From NCBI RefSeq assembly GCF_009914755.1, contig NC_060929.1: a stretch of DNA of 64,000 nt; one strand, given 5' to 3'. Position numbers and translations under genes: made by a program. Origin of the DNA: the human T2T-CHM13v2.0 reference genome, Homo sapiens. The notes beneath the pieces were generated by a model. It did not search any database and was not told where the DNA came from. It saw only the letters and a list, made by a program, of their open reading frames with translations. Below are positions 41,708 through 54,885 of this stretch, one piece after another. How positions within the stretch are numbered: position 1 is the stretch's first letter; every line of letters starts with the position of its first letter.

Positions 41708-44289
41708 AAAGATGGGATTAAGACAGCAAATAATCCAGGTAGTCAGGAGAACTTAATGAAACAGCCGTTCTGCTCTGCCTAACTTTCCCACCTTCCCTTG
41801 CTGGGGCACCACTGCCCATGGGTGGAGCTGCCAATTAAGTCAGAGCCTCAGGGTGACACACAACTACTGAGCCAACAGACATCCAACAAGTACTCTCTGT
41901 ATCCAGAAACACTAACTTATCTAAGAGCAGAGAATTCACAGGAACCCTATAATCGTCAGTTAGGTAAGAAAAATAAAACCAATTTTGAAAGTTTGCTGGG
42001 GAATAACATCGATGTTTAAAAGTCACTGAAGTGGAGAATGTTCCACTACATCATTAGAAGGAAGGGGGGTGCTCCTGAAACCTAGCAAACCAAAATCTTA
42101 AATCACTCCTTAGTTTACCGCATGTTATTTGCCTCATCAAAGGTCTTTGCAATCATAAAAATTTGTTTCTTAAAACTCGAACCCCATCTTGCAAGACAGA
42201 AGATCAAAGAGCTTCCCAGAGTGTTTGGGATTGGGAAATTCTTTTTTCCATTTGTAGGTTTTGCATCAAAACAGATGCAGCAAGAAAAGCCGCATCTCAA
42301 TGCCGTTGTGACTTTATGAAGGTGGACAATCCTGGTTGAGCAGAGATATTGCAGATGTCTCCCCTGTCATGGAGGATAACCTGCCTTCCCAGGTAGGTGG
42401 AGCTCAACCACAGCAGAGGGTGATATGTGGAAAGCATTATTCTGAAGGAGGAAGAACTAATTCACCCTGTCACCTTTCTTCGTTAAGGAAAGATAACAAT
42501 TTGAGAACTCGTGTCTGTATCCATTTTCTATGTGAAAAGGAAGACTTTTGCAATAAAACAGGTATTTTGTCATCTTTTAACAAGATTTCCATTTTATTTT
42601 TAGAAATACGCAAAAGATAAGTGAAGACAGGAGACTTTCTAGCAGGTCCTCTTCTGTTCAGTGAGGCCAGAAAATGAGACATAAAATTATATCAGTATAC
42701 ACTGGTCCCTTGTAGTTAAAAAAATATACATGGTTCTTCTTGGAGTTTTTGAAAAGCAACATTAAGCAGCTCTACTATGAATATTATTTAGTATAAGACT
42801 TAGGTATGTGGAGCTTTAGATTTTCCAGAAAAAATCTACACTATTTGGAGAAGCATTTATGGTGATTGCTATATGCAACAGCTTGTTTGAATTCATTCTT
42901 TCAATTTTAGAAGCCACAGGAATGTAACAGAAATGGCCAAATCATGAATATTATTTACTTTATTCTAAATGCAACTAGACCTAGGGAGACTTTGCTAATT
43001 ACTGGTAGCGTAGCGGAGCAGAAATCTGTTCATGTCTCATTCGAGCCTTGGATTAGATAAAACATTAGTTCCATGGAGCTGATCACTCTGGAGGTTTACT
43101 CATTTGCCTTGATGCAGTAAATGTTGGCACATTAGGCCTCCTGGAATATCCTGAAGCCGGCCTAATAACACATCTGCTGTGTTTATTTTTGAATGTAAAT
43201 GGCACTCAAAAGTATGCTTTGAAAATTGATTTCAGCTGAAACACACTAAACATTAATAAATACAGATTTTGTTTCTGCTAACAATTACTTCACAAAATTG
43301 TTAGATGTGGTGGAAAGAACTAGTTTACAAATACAGTTTGCAGCAATTAAATCCCTTCAAGCCAAACTACTCCAAACTGGATGGATTCCTCTTAGATGTT
43401 GTGAGGGATATTCATACAGACTTAAAGGATTTTTATGACTTTGTGTGTACATAAAGAGCAAAGGCACCCATTAGGTCAAGGATGTTGCTGTGAAAACAAA
43501 GGGAAATAAATTTCTAACAATTGGATCAAGACAAAAGAATGGTTACACAAATCTCTTAAGAAAATGTATTCTTGTTGACATGGACAAGGAAAACAACAAA
43601 GATGACACTTTCCTGCTATTTTCTAAATATCTTTTTTAAATTCTAGCAAAGGCAGAAGGGTGCTCTTTCTTTAAATCCTCCAAATTGAAAATGATCAAGC
43701 AGTAATTGTGGCACACTGGCCTGCAATATGAATTGAGATGGTCGGCTCACCCTAACGGCTGGAGTGGACAGATTGAAGCATTCAGCTGGTTCTTGGAACC
43801 ACGGGCCATCTGTTTACATTGTGTGGTAAAATCACCATGCTGGAAGCTGCGTGGGTACCGGTAGCCTGGCCTGCAAACAATCACCCCTGGGATGCTTGGT
43901 TCTGCCTAATCTTTGAGGAGAAAGGAAATCATCCTGGTGTGAGCATCCAGAGGCCTCTGCTCATTTGTATCCAGCTATAGGTCTTGGACCTTTCATTCTG
44001 GGCTTTTGGTATTCAGCTTCCTCACCTGTGAAATAAGGCAACTGATCCTCTTATCCCCCTCCAAGGTGCTCATCATACCTCTTTCAAGCCTTTATCCCAC
44101 CACAGGGTGATTGTAAATTGAAATGGTAATATATAAACAAACAGAATTTTCAAAGAGATGAGACCAAAGGTGACTCTCTTCTAACACAAACCAAGCCAAA
44201 TAACTTTGTGATAATGGAATATGGAATTTTAAAAAACAGAAGACTGATCTAGAGAAAGCTAGGTAATTATATTTAGTTATACAGCTAAA

Positions 44290-44415
44290 GACTCCTGGAC
44301 TGCAAGAAACCTGAAGGACTGGGGTAGATGTCAAGCATCTTTGTATTCTGTGGTAGCCAGAACAATAGCTTGCAAGTTATAGACACTCGTGTATATTTGT
44401 TGGTGGAAGAGTGGC
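44290..44415 (+). mobile_element. L2 3' end
   Basis: ctggactgcaagaaacctgaaggactgggg…tttgtattct…acactcgtgtatatttgttgg. Confidence 0.6.
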
Positions 44416-46689
44416 TAACTTAAATTTTTAAACACCAGATTTAAAACATTTGCATTCATTAAAATTATATAATATTTGTGAGCTCAGAAAGTTTTAAAGG
44501 GCTCAGGGAACATCAACTAAATTGCGGGGTAAAACAGTTTGACCCTGTGGTCTGACCCTGCCTTCATCAAAGTTGAAGACACTACATGTGGACAGAATGT
44601 GTGGTATTGGCAGGATGCACTTCAGCTGTGCTGAATGGATCCTCTCTGTGAGTAACTGACAGGACCCAGCAACAAAGGACACTGGCTCAAGCTACCCTGT
44701 TTCTCTCAAATTTGCTACATTTATATGCATTTTATATGCATTTCAGATAAACTGAAGTATGAAATTGTGTAGTGAGTTTTCTGCCTTCTATCCATTCATT
44801 CCTAAGAAAAATGAAAAATAGATTTGGGGGTGGGGGTTTTGTCTGGTGAAAATAGTTAAGAGTGAAAGCAGGAAAACCAGAAAAGCCACATACTGCCTTC
44901 TCTAATTTTATTCATATCACATACTAAAGAGTTTAAAGAAAAAAAAAAGTTTCTCTCTTGCCTCAGTTGTTTATAGTTCTTTAGCAATCTTGTCTTGATT
45001 CCAGATCATATTGCTGGGTCAAACCCAAGATCAAAATGCCCAATGTGGTGTGAGTTTTTATTTCAGAAATTGGTCTGCTAATGACATCCTAATGTCTATC
45101 TTCATATAGCAGGAACTATATTAATATTTTTTTCTCTCAGGCACTGTTACACAGATGTCAGCTCTAATCCCTATAGAAGGCTGCTACAAGTCAATCTTCA
45201 TGGAAATATATTAGTGATGCCTGTGAAGTTTCTAGAAATATAAGAGGTGTGAAAATTATAATTAAAAAAAAGAAACCTTAAAAAAAATTAAGCTTATCTA
45301 GAAATATGTAAAATTATTCCACTTGATGACAGTAACTACCCACGATTTTTTCAAAACTACATTAGTCTAATGTAAACTAATAATACATATATTAAAATCC
45401 TTCAAATAATCTAAATACATCAACTGTTTTATGCAAATCAAACACAAGAAAGCTCTCTGTTTTGGCTGAAAGTGATGCCTGACATTAATATTTCACAATT
45501 ATGAATTAAATGAATACAAAATCCATTTGTAAAATGTTATTGATGTTTCTTTTTCAACGTAACTTTTATGCTGTGTTCAGAGAGCAGGAATACAGATGTT
45601 TCTCAACCTGCAGGGCTGGGGCAAGCCTGTCTTTTAAGAGCACGATTGTAAACCGATGAAAGGTGTGTAAACAGATGACAGGGGCAATTACAATGTAGAA
45701 TTGATTAGGCTCTCAATTACTAATGGCACGTCGCCGGCATTCTTCTTTTTATGCTGCTCTTTGATGACAAAAACAACATGAATAGCTCATCAGGACTACA
45801 ACATGTTTGTATTTTGAATGTCTCTCAGTAAGGGAACATGTGTAACTGCAGTTGAGGCTATAGAATGAGAGTGAGCTGGCATAGATTCTTACAGAAAAAT
45901 GAGTTATAATGATTTCACCCCCAGCAGGTATCAGTCACTTTTTAATTTTTTCTTAATGCCATCAAAGAGTAAGCAAGACCCTTGGACAAAGGGGAGAGTG
46001 TTAGAAGGGAGAAACTGGGAAAGAGAACATGGCCGGGACTTAGACATATTAAGTTAGGAATAGAAGTGTTAACTGGAGCAGAATCTGTAAATCTGTCAGT
46101 CAAACGATCATTAGTTATCAAGGATTGATTAATTGCATCTGCCTCCATACTGTATATCTCTGTAATACTTGTATCTTATAAAATTTCTCCTCCCTATTCA
46201 TTTTCTGATTTTCTAGCTTGTCTTACAGATGCTGAAGAAGCTCCCAAAATATAGTTGGGATTTTAGTAACAAATATCCTATGAGTTGCTGAATTGAATTC
46301 AGTAATCTCAGAAAACCCAGCCTGGCCCTCCAAACTCAAGCCTCTCCACTGGGTCTCACACCTTGACAGTATGCTCCATCACACCGCCATTTCTACACCC
46401 CACGCCTGGGCCTGGCTGAAACTTCAAGGCTCCCCTTGGAAGGCAGCCCATCTTTGAGGTCAGAAGAAAACACTGTCATTCTGAAAGTTGGCCACTCACC
46501 TTCGAAATATCCCATCCCTATGGTTTTTTTGTTGTTGTTTGTTTTGTTTAAAGGCAACAAAACGGCTAGTCTGTGACCCATACCAGAGCTGTTAAAACAG
46601 AAGGATTAACTCTAGACTTGGCCCCAAGTGCTGGCAGATGTTTTTGAGAACGGAGTTGGGGATGTTTGAGAACACTGAGAACTCACGCT

Positions 46690-47020
46690 TGTAACGTGCA
46701 GATGTGGCGAACCTGGAGTGAGTTCAGAGAAGTGACAAAGATGATGAAAGGGCTAAAGAATGGTTTCTGAGGGAAGGCTAAAGGGATTCTTTTTGCCTTT
46801 ATCCCAAGAAATGAGAAAATAATGATTATTAACTTCAAAGCCAGTTTGCTCTTCATGTCTGCAACAAACCCAATGAATGGAAATAGGCTCGAATTAAAAG
46901 CAGGAGAGAATTGGGTGAGGTAAAAGGAAGACTTTCTTGTGCTTCAGAGGAAGAAATATGGCAATCTGAGGTCATGGAGTACAGATGTGTATACAGATTT
47001 TAATAGAGGGATAGACCACA
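46690..47020 (+). mobile_element. CR1/L3 LINE fragment
   Basis: aacctggagtgagttcagagaagtgacaaagatgatgaaagggct…ggaaataggctcgaattaaaagcaggagagaattgggtgaggtaaaaggaagactttctt resembles the L3/CR1 ORF2 3' region. Confidence 0.7.
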
Positions 47021-50000
47021 CATTTTTTATAATTAAACTTGACTTCTCATTTTTTAACTGGTTTTTTTTCTTGGTTGTTTAGACTCTGAGGAGCAAAAAC
47101 TGGAAATATGTAATGGTTTCATTTCCCCACCCCATTCCTGTTCTTCAGGCACCCACAGCCTGGTCTTACAAATGTACCACAAAAGGACACTCATGGCTAG
47201 ATCTCAGTTCTCAGTGGTCAATATTTTTCTTGATTTTTACTATTTTCAGCACTTTGCAAAGACATATGGGGAAAAGGAAATGGAGGATTATGGCTAGTCG
47301 GGGAGGCTTAAAGTCAAGAGAAATTGGCACAGATCTGGAAGAGAGCATATGTCATTGATCTTGTCCACAAGCTAATTGAGAACATTCCCAGGCTTCACAG
47401 GGCAATACTATTTCTAGACTCTCAGGATTTAAGAAGCATTCGATAGTTCAGCATAAGGCAGTGTGCTTGCTGGATACGGAGTCTGGTTAAGCAATAACTC
47501 AATCTGTCTTCTGAGGCCTCCAATGCAAAAAACTAAGGAGGCTTTGCTGCTGTTTAGTGACACCTCCACACCTACTATAAAAAATAATAGTATTAATTAT
47601 GAAGAAAACACTGAGGGGATTTGTTCAAAATAGCCAAGTGCCAACTGACCCTTTTGTTTCCTTACCCAGCTGAAATATTCACCTTCACAATACTTTTTTA
47701 GCAACCAGTTTGTCCCTATGGCCCAAATGAGACTCCAACTACAAAGTAAAAAGAGCAAAAGCCTCTGTTGGTGACCTTCAAGCTGGCTAAAGACCTAGCC
47801 AAAATCTGTCACCATATAGTTTCCATTTCCCTGTGAGAAACCACAGGGGTACATGCATGGGTGACATGAATGGAGGTGCTCGGTTGTAAAATGTTATTCA
47901 CATGCAAGACATCATTGTTATTGTTTCCTGTAATTATTCTGCCTAATAACAAAAGGAAAATGACTGATTTTGACACCCAAGTTTTGCTGTAAATAGGCAG
48001 AATGTTGTCATGAATATGCAAAATATTATGATCATTGCCATACCTAACTAATTGCATTTGAAACATGCTGGCCATAAAATAATTAATTAGCAGTGCAGAA
48101 AGGCATCATGATACTAGCTATAAATACTAAACATAACTAATTATTTCCGTCATAAAATGGTCCTGCCAAGTAATTTATAACAAAACCCCGCATAGAAGGC
48201 AAAGCCCAGAGTTCCTACAGCTTGGCGTGCAAGGGCTGTGTCACCCAAGGCTTTGTATTTTGTGATATTGTTGGGATGAGTGGATACCAATTTGAACATA
48301 AACTAAAATGAAACTAATCTAGGATTTCAATGTTCTTTGAGCTGTTGGGTGATTGTTGTGGAAAATTCAGGCAGATCCTTTTGTTGTTGACATCAAAAGT
48401 GGTAGGTCACTCTGGACCTGCAGAGTACATTCTGAGCTCAAGCAAAAATTGATTTCCTTTTTTAAAAAGCAGCTGGCATTACAATGAATAGCTTTCTTTC
48501 GATTTTTCTTCTCCAATGAAGCATTCACTGAATGCAGCAGGCATAATAGGCTGAAGTAAACAGTGTCAGGTTCTGTTATATCAGGAGCTCTTTTAAACCA
48601 AGCAGACAAGCTATCATCAGTGCCTGAAACCCTGCAAATCATGGCAGAGTCGGAAAATGAGTTTGTTTCCTGACCAGTGTGTTGATGACATTTTGAAGAA
48701 TGGAAGGAGGCGCTTTGCTAATCACTGTGGCTGCTGCATGCTCCATTATGATGCCATCTCGTTAATGAGCAAAAATAATGTGCCTGGATGAGGCAGTAAT
48801 AGAATTAGAGCCTCCACAAGCTGGACTCAGGACTGTCGTGAACATTCTCTGGTTTTGCATGAAACATGTGAGAGAGAGCCTTGGGATTCATCTCTTAGAA
48901 TCATTTATCAGAACCCTCTGGCCTCATTTTTTTTTTCCAGTGGTTTGAAAATAGGAAATTGGCCTACATCACAACAAAGTATCTTGCCCTAGTTTTTAGT
49001 CCTTAGGGTGAAAGACTTCATGACCAACTCAAAGACAGCTAGTCTGGGTTGTGGCTTTTTTGTTTCTACTGTTGTTTTTCTTCCCCCCTCCCAAATGACT
49101 GTGAGAGAAATGATTGTAAGCAAGGATTTAGGTAGTGGAAATGTTAAAATGTATTCATTCGTGTCATAGTAGAATCAGGCTTGCAATGATTCAACTGCAT
49201 GCTAACGAGCCTTAGAAGACCAGTGTTCATTTTGATCTAAAAAATATTTCTCTTCTAAGTACACAGCTCTCTCGCCTACATAACTACAACAGTGACACTA
49301 TGGCCCATTTAACCCTCCTTCATACAATCCTAGGGACAGGGGGAGATGTAAGTGCCTTCAGAGACACCCTAGAATTCAAGGCAAGTGCCATTCACTTCCA
49401 GCCAAGGAAGCCTTCTCCTGAGAGTCTCTCTAAAGTGAATTCTGCCCACTGCTTTCAGGATGAGAGGCAGCCACTGGAATGGGAGGGACTCCCAAGGCAC
49501 CCCACAGATAAGTGCCCCAGGGTGAAGCAGGGAAAGGAAATACTTGCCACGTGGTGCAGGGGACCCCTTCTTCATCCCTCACTAAAATAAAAAAAGCTTC
49601 TTCACCAGGAGGGTGTTTCTAAGCAATCGCACCTCTAAATAGAATGTAATTACGAAGGAAATTAACTTCACAGCTAAAGACTGTGTTGTCATGATAATTT
49701 AGAAAAGTGGGAAGGATGTTTTCTGAGCAATCCCTAATCTTTTTTTCTTCTCCCTTTTTGGTTATCACTTAATGCTATTCATTAAAACCAATAACAGAAA
49801 TTGTTTCTCTTTAAATTTCCTACTGAGTCTCGATTTAGTTGAGTTAGACTTTTCTTGAAACAATACATTAGTGTCATGCCCAATTGACTTCTGTTGTAAA
49901 AGAAATAAATCTCCCATATGACTTTGTTGCATGCACCTGGAAATGGTTAAAAATAAGCACTCTGTCATCCATTGTTTAAAGAAAAACAGAGGTTCTTCTG

Positions 50001-50599
50001 TCCCCCAATCTCAGTATGCTGTCCCTACTCTGTCCTTTGCTGCAAATGAACTTATCAGAGTCCTTCCTTCACTGCAAGCAATATTTACCTTTGGAGATTA
50101 TACATGCTTACAACACAGAAAAGGTTTACCTTCCATCACTAGCCCTCTTTTAGGCTCACTTACACTGTCCCTGCAGAGCGACACAGCAGCTCCTCAGTGA
50201 GGCCCTGGAGATGTTCAAACTAAAGATTCAAGAGGTGCTAACAAAAATCACAGCAACCATTGGTCTCATTTAAAATTGTGTTTCATCTTCAAGCAATTAA
50301 CAGAGAAATCTCTCTCTTCCACACTTAGAACCCTAAGTGTCATCTTTAGGTTTGTTAAGTGGAGCCACTCAGACATGTGACATGGTACCCATCATTTACT
50401 CAAACTGGGAGGCTGTATTTAAAACAAAAGCTGCCTAAACTGAGTTAAAAATAGATAATAAATGCGACTGTTGGTCTTGGCCATATCTTTACCAATGTGA
50501 CCAAATTGTATGAGATTGAATCACTGGGTCTCAGTCTGCGGTATTCAAGACTATAATCCAACAGAGAATCCTGGCCAAAAGAAAAGCAGCTGGTGACAT

Positions 50600-50850
50600 T
50601 GTAAAGAGTGTGTCTGAGCCTCTACCATGTGCTAAACATTCCAAGCACTTGAAATTGACATTGTCTCATTTAATCTTCATAGCTCTTTAGGATGCTTTTA
50701 CTGAAATTTGTTTTATTATAAGCCCTATTTTATAAAGGAGGAAATTAAGTCTCGGATAGGTTAAATTTCCCCAGCTAGTGATTGGGAGGATCCAGGTATA
50801 AGTCCTGGTCTTTTGGTCTCTTGGAGTCAAAATACTTGAAGATGCCTTAT
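50600..50850 (-). mobile_element. MIR SINE
   Basis: gtctcatttaatcttcatagc…cctattttataaaggaggaaattaagtctcggataggttaaatttcccc. Confidence 0.65.
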
Positions 50851-51029
50851 GTCCATTTGATTTGACCACTGGTATTAGCTTTGGAAAAGACAGGATGTGT
50901 ATCTTTACTTTTTTACTGCTTAAAAATTTCAACAGATATCACTATAACTAGCTCCATCTCAGAGAAGTGAATGAACTAGAAAAAAAAAAATACCTTATCT
51001 TCTTTAAGAGCAAAAGAAAGTGGAAAAGG

Positions 51030-51215
51030 AATCAACATTTACTAGGTCTCTTATATACACACATACAGACAACAATTCTTCAAGGTGGGCATTTTTATCT
51101 GTATTTTGTAGATGAGCAAATGAATGCTCAGAGAGGATAATGATTTGTTAATTTCATCCACCTCGGTGCAGCAGAGCCAGACTCAAACTGAGATCTGGTT
51201 TGTCCCAAATTGCAT
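51030..51215 (-). mobile_element. MIR SINE
   Basis: tttatctgtattttgtagatgagcaaatgaatgctcagagagg…gcagagccagactcaaactgag. Confidence 0.65.
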
Positions 51216-51327
51216 ACTGAAACCTGGGTTGAAATAGAACTTCAAATCTACGGGGTTTGACTACGTGGATGAATGACCAGAACTGTCCCAAATGCAGTCC
51301 CGACATTGTTGAATTTAGAGACATTGC

Positions 51328-51637
<310 letters not shown>

Positions 51638-52967
51638 TAGAGATATCACTATTTAAATCTTCTAATCCAAAGCCTTCCAAAGAAAAAAATACGGAAGTAA
51701 TCTTAAAATCATTATTCTCAGTTTCTCATGGGGGAAAGCAGAATAAATATGTTGGTTTCCCCATGGTTGTTTGAGGTTTCATGTAAACCATGACATATAT
51801 CTGTTAGATCATAAGGAACTTAAAGTGAAAATAACCAAGATAACTAGGAAGCATAGTAATAAGATTTGGCAATGAACTATGGTTTAACACGTTTTGCTGT
51901 GGGATTTCTCACTACTCAAGGTCAGTGTGCTCCTAAAATCTCCCTGCCTTTTCAGCAAGTTAAGCAAATTTGCAAGGGTTGGTAGCTCCTCATCGTAGCC
52001 TTTTCTTTTTCCCTTGCTATTAGAATATTTCCCTAGAAGAAAGTCAGTGTCAGATGCAAAAATGATATAATGTGCAGTTGTGCAGAAACAAAAGATGTGC
52101 TGTAGAATACATATTAAGCAAACACCACAGTAAGCCAACGAACATTGAATGAATACATGAGATGAATAAATAGTGAATAGCATTTTGCATTTATAAGTTC
52201 CTTTTTATTGAAACAGTAAACAGTCACATGACCTTGAATATAGCCCTTAGGATTGCAGTAGAGCCAGCTTTGACAGCAATCCAAAAATACTGCAGTTCTA
52301 GAGAGACAAAAAAGTGCTAAAATTGATCAATGCCCCAGGTAGGGTTGATGAAAGTTTTACATAAGAGGAAATAACTACTTCAATCTGAATATCATATGCA
52401 AAAGTTCAAATCCGCTGTCCAAACTAGCAGCCATATTATCAGAATGGAGAGTCATGTTAGCTATGAATTATATGTCTTTATCTTATAATTGATTGTAAGA
52501 CGTAACATCAAGTATTATTCTCCATACTAAGCTGATGGTCACTATGGTCACTATTAAATGCTACCAAACTTCAAAAGCTAGAATGCCTAGGAGCAAGGAA
52601 CAAGATTTTGACATATGTGTTTGTTATACTGTTCATAGCAAATGGTTTCAAATTCCCTAGCCAGAGTCGGGGGAAGCGTCTAAACACAGTAGCTTTCAGT
52701 TTGGAAAGAGTGCAGCATTTTAAATACAATATGCTGTTGTGATCGCAAGTGTATTTGTCATAGTGCCAAGAAGGCTGAAAGTTGAGTTTCTGAATTAACA
52801 CAACATAAAATTCCTCTAGTATTAGCAATTTTTCATCTTGCTCAAATAAATTGTATAAGCATATTTGCCCTATAAAATGGCAGAAAACCTGATACCGTGA
52901 CTGTACATTCTGTGTTGGATTATCAAGATTGAGTAGTTGATGTCTTCCCACCTTAAAAATAAACTCC

Positions 52968-54885
52968 GAAGGAGTAACATCAATGGGATGGAAGGCCAGA
53001 AGGTCCCAATGTTCTTCTCCCTCATAGAAAAAAGAAGGAACAACTACATGTCAACAAAAATACTGAAGGAAGAGTTCTAGAGTACAGCAAAGGAGCAGCA
53101 GAAACACTGTGGAGCACAGAAACCAAGGATGGCTGCTTAGAATAGGGTAGGAAACACATTATCTGTGCCACCCCATGCCCCAGTCAGGATCAGCTTCGAA
53201 CCTGGAGGAATGTGCCCCTGAGGGGAAACAGTGAGCTGGAGGACTCTGGTTGTCCTCATCACCCCTGCAGACGCCTGAAGTCTTCACCACTGGGGATCCC
53301 TGCATTTTTCACCAGCACTGAGCTCAACTCAGGGAGCTTACTCACAACCAAGTGGGATTTAGCCCTGGGATGCAAAGTTGGTTTAACATAACCTAATCAA
53401 TCAATGTGATATACGACAGTAACAGAAAAAAGACAAAAGCCCCAAAATCATCTCAATAGATGCAGAAAAAACATTTGGCCAAGTTCAGATCCTTTCTTGA
53501 TAAAAGCTGTCAACAATTTAGGTACAGGAAAGGAAATTTCCACAACATAATTAAAGCTATATAAAATGCTGTCGGGTAACATCATAATCAATAGGGGAAA
53601 ACTGAAAGACACGAAACTGTAAAACTTCCAGGAGAAAATGTAAAAGAAAGTTCTTTGACATCGGCCTTGGCAATAATTTCTTGGACATCACACAAAATAC
53701 TCAGGCAAATGAAAAAAAAAAAGGAAAGATAAACAAGTGGAACTCATACATCAAACTAAAAATCTGCATAGCAAAGGAAACAATCAGCAAAATTAAAAGG
53801 CAGTCTACAGACTGAGAGAAAATATTTGCAAGCCACATATCTGACAAGGAGTTAATATCCAAAATATAAAGGAAACTCATATAAAAAAAACACACATTTT
53901 AAAGTCAGAAAAGGACTTGAATAGATATTTCACCAAAGAACACATATAAATGTCCAATAAGTATATAAAGAGATGCTTAACATCCCTTATTATTAGAGAA
54001 ATGCAAATAAAAACCATAAGATATTAGTTCTCACCTGTTAGGATGGCTATTACCAAAAAGACAAGCAATAACAATTGTTGGTGAGGGTATGGAGAAGAAG
54101 AAACCCTCATACACTGTTGGTGGAAATGTAAATTGGTATAGCCATTACAGAAAATAATACAGAGGATACTCAAAAAATTGAAAATAGAACTGAATGGTTA
54201 ACCCAGCAATCACTTTTCTGGATATACTCAAATGAAGTGAAATCAGTATGTTGAAGAGGTATATGAACTCCCATATTCATTGAGCATTATCCACAATAAA
54301 AGATATAGAAACAACCTAAGTATCTGTCAATGGGTGAATGGATAAAGAAAAGTGTTGTACATATACAATGAAATATTATTCAGCCTTAACAAAGAAAGAG
54401 ATCTTGGCATTTACCACAGCAGAGATGAACCTGGAGAATGTTATGCTAACTGAAATAATCCAGACACAGAAAGACAAACACTGCATGAACTCACTTATAT
54501 GCGGAATATTTGTAAAAGTTGATATGCAAAAAAACAATGTAAAATGGTGGTTACCAAAGACAGGAGGGAGAGTTTGGGGGAGGCTGATGGGGGAGAAATG
54601 TAAAGTCATGGGGAAATGTAGGTCAAAGGTCATAAAGTTGCAGTTACATAGGATGAATAAGTCTAGTGATCTGGTGTACAGCATGAGGACTATAGTTAAT
54701 CATATTGTGCTGTATACTGGAAATTTAGGTGGCTCACCACAAAAAAAAAAGAGAAGGTGGGTAACTCTGTGAGACGATGGATTTGTTAATTGGCTTGACT
54801 GTAGTAAGTATTTCACTATGTATATCAAAACATGATGTTGTACACCTTAAATATATACAATAAAAATAAAGACACATATAACAAA
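52968..54885 (+). mobile_element. Internally deleted old L1 (L1MA8/9-like): 5'UTR, RT fragment, ORF2 C-terminus and 3'UTR
   Basis: 5'UTR-like 52968-53343 (similar to 6680-6960), RT piece 53344-53608, C-terminus/3'UTR 53609-54885. TSD-like aaaaataaactcc / aagaataaactac. Confidence 0.8.

Noticed and set aside
52571-52951. 126-aa minus-strand ORF
   Set aside because: No recognisable homology and GTG start. Likely a chance ORF in non-coding DNA.
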